From positions 7,324,710 through 7,388,709 of the forward strand of contig CAVNZM010000005.1 of assembly GCA_963693365.1 (NCBI GenBank): 64,000 bases of DNA. Direction: 5' to 3'. The DNA comes from Amoebidium appalachense (lineage: Eukaryota > Protista > Ichthyosporea). The translations under genes were made by a program, and so were the position numbers. This document shows, piece after piece, positions 56,270 to 64,000 of this stretch (within the stretch, counting starts at the first letter, position 1; every line of letters starts with the position of its first letter). The notes below the pieces were generated by a model, which worked only from the letters and a program-made list of their open reading frames with translations, ran no database searches and had not been told where the DNA came from.

Positions 56270-56522
56270 AGGGAGGGAGGGAGAGAGAGAGGGAGGAGGG
56301 GGAGGGGGGAAGGAGACGGGATTAGGGAGGTTGGGAGGGAAGCGGGATTGAAGGGCAGGGTGTCCCTGTGTCCTGGTGTTTGCTGTCAGTCTCCAGTCCC
56401 AGCAACGATCTGCCAGTGGGTTCGTGAAGTGCCCATTTACCAATGATAGTATGTGTGTGTGTGTGTGTTGGGGGAGGGGGGGGAAGGACGGGAGGGGGGA
56501 GGGGAGGAGGGGGAAGGGGAGG

Positions 56523-56560
<38 letters not shown>

Positions 56561-57070
56561 TGTGTCTGTATGTGCTTGTGCATGTTGAATGAGTGAGCGA
56601 AAGAGTGAATGTGTGTGGCACACACGTGTGTTAAAGACGAACGAGTGCTATTATGATGTTTCCCAGTATCTGGCACACACAGCTGAATTTTGTCATTCTC
56701 TACAGAACATGAAGCGCACAGAGGGGAAGGACTGGTGTGGGGGAGACACAAAGTGGCACGAGGAGAAATGTCTCGTCTATGCAAAATCGTACTTTTCCTT
56801 ATCTTCCCCCCCCCCCTCCCCCCCCCCCCCCCCCCCCGGCTCCCCCACACACCCACATACCCTTCCTCCCTGTTTCCGCCGGTATTTCTTTCCATCCCTC
56901 TCCCCGTGGTGCACGGTGGCCTACGGCTTCCCGCATGATATGCTTTGTTCTAAATGTATCTTTCATACACCTCTCTGTGGGTATTTTTAGTATTTTTATG
57001 TGTTCTTATCTGTTTACTGTGGTTTTCGAAAGTCTGCCTTGGCCGTCGTGAATGTACTTCGCACTCTGTG

Positions 57071-57105
<35 letters not shown>

Positions 57106-57539
57106 CCCCCCCCTCGTTAGGAGCGTGACTGCCTGTGTATGTATGGGGGGTCATGTCTGTTTGCACCTTCCTCACTTCTTTTCCCTTTATTTTTTGTCTT
57201 CCTATTTTTGTTAAGGTAGGAGGGGAAAAAAGGGGGAGGGGAGGGGGGGTTAAAGGGGAAGGGGAAGGGAGGGAAAGCAGTCAGGCTTCGTCATGTGCCT
57301 ATGTGTGTGGAGGCAATCTCTGTGCAGGTAACTATATGTACATGCGCGTGTTTTGTAACACATGTTAAAAGGTGTGTGTTTTGTTGGTGGGAGGGGGGGG
57401 GGGGGGGGGGGGGGGGGAGTGGGTTCATGAGGTATGCTATTGTGAGGGACCATGATTCTCTCTCCATCGCTCTCTCTCTCTACCCCCCCCCCCCCCCCCC
57501 CCTCCCCCCCCCTCTCCCTCCCTCCTTCCCTTCCCCATA

Positions 57540-57586
<47 letters not shown>

Positions 57587-57693
57587 AGAAAGATAGAAAG
57601 ATATTAAATCCCCCCCTCCCCGCCCCCCCCAGGCCGCCTCTCTTTCTCATTATCTCTCTTCGTCACTTTATCTCCCCACACCTCGCTCCCTCT

Positions 57694-57732
<39 letters not shown>

Positions 57733-58235
57733 AAAAAGATAAAAATAAGAAAAAATCTTCCTACCTCCTTCCTACTTATCTATTACTAAATCTTTGCGTT
57801 GAGTTTTTCCTCTTTCTTTCTTTCTGTTTTCTTTTTTCAATCAACCTAATTTTTGGAATGGATGGGTGGGCAGGGAGACACGATTGGCAGAAGTGATGGA
57901 GACTGTGTGCGAAGAGAAGAACAATGAGGTGAGCCCCCCTTCCTCCCCACCCCCCGCACGGAGTGTGCCCTCCCCCCCCCCCCCCCCCCCCCCCCCCCAG
58001 CCGACCCACCTGCCAGCCCCGAAAGCATGCTTGTCCCGGCATATCGTGTGTAGATCCTTCCCACTGTCTCTGATTGTGTATCTACTGGCTTCACACAGTG
58101 CAATATGTCCTTTACCCCCCCCCCCCTTCCCCCCGGGGGGATGGCTGAGGCCTCAATATCTGTGGTCCACAACTTTCCCCCTCCTGAATTGTCAACAGAC
58201 TCACCCTCCTGAATTGTCGAAAGACTTGCTCCCTT

Positions 58236-58285
<50 letters not shown>

Positions 58286-58609
58286 AAAAAAAAAAAAAAA
58301 AAAGACAAAAGAAATGGAAAAAAATACTACCAAACAGAAGGGAACTCGTACCTTTTCCCTGTTGGGTGTTTCCTGTATCTCCCTTCAACGATTCTCCCTT
58401 CGTGGTGTGCAACGTTATCAACGTATTTGTTTTAACGAACGTGGATTTTATCGGTTTACCTCTTCACCAGTCTTTGCTCCCACAAAAATACAGCAGCTGC
58501 ACCAACACACGTACATGCACATGCACACACAAATACACACAGACATACACTCACACGGAGAGAGATAGACGCAGGCATGATCACACAGGCACACACACAC
58601 ATATTCACT

Positions 58610-58679
<70 letters not shown>

Positions 58680-59036
58680 ACACCACACACATGCACACGC
58701 ACACATACGCCCGCACAAGCGCATGTACACACACACAGGACATCCCCCCCCCCCCCCCCCCCCCCCACCCACCCTTCCTTTTCCTCCCCGCCCCCCCCCC
58801 TCCCCCCCTCCCCCCCAGTCTTTCAATGGAAACAACAAATAACAAGAATAATAATAATAGTAATAATAATAACAATAAATAATAATTCCTTAACCACAGT
58901 GCAACGAGTTTGTGTCAGACTATGAGGAGCAGCTAGAGGAATGGTACTTCAAGCACACAGACAAGCCCCTCAGAGACTACATTTGTGTCGACACGGCAGA
59001 AGGTCCCACACTGCCCCCCCTTAGCCCTTCTCCCCC

Positions 59037-59067
<31 letters not shown>

Positions 59068-59120
59068 AAAAAAAAAAAAAACGCACACACTCGCACCACC
59101 ACGACTCCACCGACACCCAA

Positions 59121-59206
<86 letters not shown>

Positions 59207-59443
59207 CGACAGTCACCTGAAATGGTTCTTGAACGGGACATCTGTGTTTGTGTGTGTGGGAGGTTTTTTCTTAGGGTGGGAGGGGGGAGAAAGGAGGCGG
59301 GGGGGAAGTGGGGGGGCGGGGGAGATAACAATCCGAGTGATAGTGATTCAAGACTGTCATAGCATTTGCTATCAGTCCGGTTAGTTTTTTGTTTGTCGTC
59401 TGGTAGTTCCTCTCCGTTCTCTTTGTCCCGGAGAAAGGGTGAA

Positions 59444-59480
<37 letters not shown>

Positions 59481-59608
59481 ACGGGGGGAGGATCAGGAAA
59501 CAAGGGAAACTTCGAGAAAAGCAACTTCGATGGTCATGGATAGGCTCCGGCATACTTATCAGTGGTGTGTGTGTGTGTCCGAGTATCTGTGTGCAGCATG
59601 TGTGTGTG

Positions 59609-59654
<46 letters not shown>

Positions 59655-59963
59655 GGATGAGACACGGTGTGTGTATGTGTGTGTCGTGAGTGTCGAGCGT
59701 ACGTGCGTGTGTGTGTGTGTGTTGTGGACAGACATTATTTTTTATGCTTAGGCTAATATATACCCGTACAACAGTCTGCTTGTGAGCATGCTTTTGTTAT
59801 ATGCTACTATTTAATGTCAAAGGCTGAATTAACCAATGAGTTTAATTTTTAATTTTTCAATGATTGGCCCACAGCCTGCTGCCCACTCGGAAAGTTTGGA
59901 AAGAAATGCGAAGGTGAGCCCCCCTTCCCCCCCCCCCCCCCCCTCCCCCACCCACCCACCCAA

Positions 59964-60056
<93 letters not shown>

Positions 60057-60456
60057 CCCACCCGCCCACACTCACCCCACACGCAAGGCACACCCAGTTT
60101 TTTTTTTGTTTCTTCTTTGTTTTTTTTTGCCTGCTGACACATGGACAACTCACCCACGTCAAATGAAGCGGTATTGATTCGGGCTTTGCACGCCAGGTGC
60201 GATGAAATTGTTCATTTTACATATCGGCATGACACCACGATTTGTGAATTTTACACACTCATGCGTACGACATTCTAACCACTCCTTCTTCCCCTTTGGC
60301 GCAATAAGAACACTTAACCACACACACATAACACCCTCCAATATCTAACACTTCCTCCTCCTCTAGTCAACTGACAAGTCTGCTCTCCAAGCCTACCTAC
60401 CCCCCCCCCCCCCCCCTCCCTTGCCCCCAAATCCCGAAACCACACATACGCATCGC

Positions 60457-60506
<50 letters not shown>

Positions 60507-60516
60507 ACGCACACGA

Positions 60517-60594
<78 letters not shown>

Positions 60595-60931
60595 ACAGAC
60601 TGCCCCGGTGGAAACCCGCCATGCAGCGGGCACGGAAAATGTGACGGAGATGGGACGAGGGGGGGCAGTGGGAAGTGCACATGTGATGGCGGATACACGG
60701 GGGATGTTTGCCAGGAGTGTGCTGGGGGATATGTGCGAGAAGGGGGCGAGTGCAAAGGTAGGATAAGTGTGGGTGAGGGTCACGGTGGTGGGCGGTTGGG
60801 TGTGTGTGGGGGGGGGGGGGGGGGGGGGGGGGAGGGGGGGGGGGGGGGGGGGGGGGCGCCGGGGGAGGGGGGGGAGGGGAAGGGGGTGGAGGGAGGGGAG
60901 GGGGATTGGTAGGCGGGCGGGCGGGTGGTGG

Positions 60932-60984
<53 letters not shown>

Positions 60985-62225
60985 CGTTTGTGTGCACGTG
61001 CATGTGTGCATGCATGGATGTGTGCACCCATGTGCATACGTGTGCGTGTGTGTGTGTGTGTTTGTGTAGTCGTTGTCGTGTCCTGTACCTGTGCCCACGT
61101 CCGCTCCCCAGTGCACACAGCAAAGACAAACACACACACTTGCAGTGGTCTCCCCTTCACCTGTACAGTGCCATACACAAAAGTATCGTCCGAGTGTTAC
61201 CATGGCTTATCCACCTGTTCACCCCTATCTGCCTATTCGTCGAGACCCCCCCCCCCCCCCCCCCCCCCCCCTCCCCCCCCCCCCCCACACACACACACAC
61301 CCCTCTCGGCGCTATCATGTGTATCTCCCTCTGCCCTCCCCTTCCCCCCCCCCCCCCCCCCCTCCCCTCCCGCCGGGTACGGTGGATGACCTGGGCGCCC
61401 CCTGAGGATGGGTTCCGCTTGTTATTCATGCTCTTTGTGTGGTTTGCACTTTGATTATGTTTGTCATTATGTTTGTCATTATTTTTGTGTGCTTTGTACT
61501 CCATAACACATTCCAACAAACCCCCCCCCAAAAAAAATAACACACGTACACACACGTGCAATAATCACTTCTACTCATAGACCTCCGAGGCATGCACATG
61601 ATTCCTGTTTACAAACACTCGGACTGGTTGCTCGCATGCACACACACCAACGTAGGTGCGGGCGCATATGGACGCAGACAAGGACACAAAGCAGAGTCAC
61701 ACACGTGCGCATGCGTGCGCGCACGCGCGCACACACACACACACACGCGGGCGCAGGCGCGGGCGCGGGCATGCACACGCACACGCACACGCACACGCAC
61801 ACACAAAGAGAGACAGAGAGATGCAGGGAGAGATAGAAAGGGAGAGGGAAACTAATTAGCTTACCCCACTCACCTCAGATATAGACGAATGCGCCGCCAG
61901 CCCGTCACCCTGCTCGGAGGACGAACGGTGCCAAAACAACCTCGGTTCTTTCACATGTGACTGCAAAGAGGGATACGAGCGAAACTCCGAGTCTAAATGC
62001 ACTCTAATCCCTCCGCCGCCACCACCACCACCGACTGAACCAGAACACAGCGTCGACTCGCGTTCTGCGGAAAATAACGAGGGAGGTAAAGGAGAAGATA
62101 AAGAGGAGGATTGTGGGATGGTAGGGAAGGCTTTGGGTATGTTCGGAATGGGCTCATGCGCAAAAAAGACAATGGGGAACGAGGGGGAGGGGGAGTCGAA
62201 GGCTGCGGAGGCCCCTGTGAGTTGA
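55649..62225 (+). CDS. CRELD: CRELD-like protein (signal peptide, CxxC, WE/DUF3456-like domain, EGF-like, Ca-binding EGF)
   Basis: Exons 55649-55756 ([27 protein letters not shown]), 56706-56788 ([11 protein letters not shown]), 57874-57928 ([12 protein letters not shown]), 58900-59002 ([12 protein letters not shown]), 59875-59913 (CCPLGKFG), 60599-60757 ([27 protein letters not shown]) and 61879-62225 ([21 protein letters not shown]). The 3' end is uncertain: a GTGAGT donor at 62217 could splice to about 62551. Confidence 0.9.
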
Positions 62226-62399
62226 TATGCCATCAGAATTTCTTGTTCTTTTTTCTGCTTTTCCTTTTTGGCTGGACGAGTGGTGTTTTTGAACTGACGT
62301 AGTTAGTGCTGTACTGTAACCCCACTCCTTCTCCCTCTCCCCACTTTTAATCTGGGCTGTTTTTCCAAATCTTTTCATCATCGTGTGCAAGCAACCCAC

Positions 62400-62445
<46 letters not shown>

Positions 62446-63111
62446 TTCCGTTCTCTTCCTTCCGAAAAACCACTTCCCCCCCCTCCCCCCCCCCCCCCCC
62501 CCCCCCCGGCCCTGACCCCTCCTCCTCATCCTCTTCAACTCTTTCCCGCAGGGTTTTGCTCTAACAGCCTTGTTAAGGCAAAGCAAACGGGTTGGGTGTG
62601 ACCCGATTTACAGTAGCTGTAGTTAGCGGCTCGAACCACACGTACGGGCCGACAAAAATGTAGAGACCGTGACTGATTTAGAAGTCTTTGAAAGAATAAT
62701 GATTCAGGGTGGGTTGAATGGCACACTGTGCATGCACATGGGTATTGTAAAAGGCGAAAAACGAATGTGTTTTGAAAAATATATCTTATCATGTATCGAG
62801 CGGCTTCGAATTCTATTGATGGCTTGAAGCCTATCGAATTCCGGCTTTGAATATACGGGGCATGTGCACGTGCACGTGAAGCATCGAACTATTAGCTGCG
62901 CATGCAGCAAGGTCATTAGTAAAAAGAAGCATGCATGTGCATGTGCACAACGTTGTTTATTGTGCCCGTGTACGTCTCTTGAAAAGCTATGATGGGTGTT
63001 CTCAGACGTTAACTTCCAAGTTTTCTTTGACTTTGAAAATCATTTTCTTTTCTTTTCTTTTCTTTTCTCAGCTTCTCTTCTTCTTCTTCTTCTTCTTTTT
63101 TTTTTTTTTTT

Positions 63112-63162
<51 letters not shown>

Positions 63163-63325
63163 CGCATAACGTATCTGGGCCGGGCTAAATGAGGGTTTAA
63201 CCTCGAGACTCGGTGTAGGTGTTAGTGACATGGAAAGGCGGTATTCATCATCAGGAACTTTTGGTTTGGGATAATAGGGGAAAGGCGACTTGGAATTAGG
63301 AAGGCGCGGGGAGGTGGATGTGTGT

Positions 63326-63371
<46 letters not shown>

Positions 63372-63644
63372 GGGGAGGAGGGGGGGGAGCGTTCTCGAGG
63401 TGGACGGAGGTAGGAAAGCATGATGATCCCAAATGCCTGTGTCAACTACGGCCAATGAATAATGTATCTCTCTCACGTGGTGGAATACTCACTACGTTAG
63501 CGTTATAATCGAGCGAAATATTTTCATTGCATTTGAATATTATTATTCGGACGCAAAAACCTGATTTTCTTGCAAGCCCAGCCTCCCCCCCCTCCCCCCC
63601 CCCACCAACTTATAATCACCCTGCACGCACAAACACTCACGCAC

Positions 63645-63745
<101 letters not shown>

Positions 63746-63752
63746 CACATAT

Positions 63753-63837
<85 letters not shown>

Positions 63838-64000
63838 GTGAAAAAGGCACACACACACACACAGTGTACACACACACACAGTCACACAAACAAATTTCAC
63901 ACACAAACCGTGCGCGTGGACGTTAACGAGTACTCTGCCTGCATCGGGGGCCAGCATGTAGTGGCTGCGGCCAAAAAAAAAAAAAAAAAAAAAAGAAAAG

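Noticed and set aside
63524-63560. Possible last exon of a minus-strand gene entering from the right edge
   Set aside because: Very short, no recognisable homology and a weak acceptor context.

Overview
Eukaryotic nuclear DNA, most plausibly from a unicellular relative of animals (inferred from SPIRE plus CRELD and the intron style; not proven). Short exons sit in introns saturated with poly-G/poly-C, (CA/TG)n and (GA/TC)n tracts, so most of the supplied ORF track is spurious. Hand-spliced models give five genes: a guanylate kinase (minus strand, 3' end unresolved), a FAF2/UBXD8-type UBX protein (16 exons), a SPIRE-like actin nucleator (about 22 exons), an unrecognised secreted Cys-rich protein (5 exons) and a CRELD-like protein. 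There are two identical tRNA-Gln(CTG) genes, one of them intronic. Mobile DNA comprises a young tyrosine-recombinase-class (Ngaro/PAT/DIRS-like) retroelement with an atypical X-Y-[RT-RNaseH-YR N-term]-Y-X-Y layout, a TTAA-flanked piggyBac-like MITE, a LINE 3' fragment and a probable ancient LINE RT fossil split by microsatellites. The most notable signals are the retroelement architecture, the intron-by-intron G-type versus C-type strand polarity with acceptors lacking pyrimidine tracts, and a homopolymer-free island carrying the secreted protein gene.
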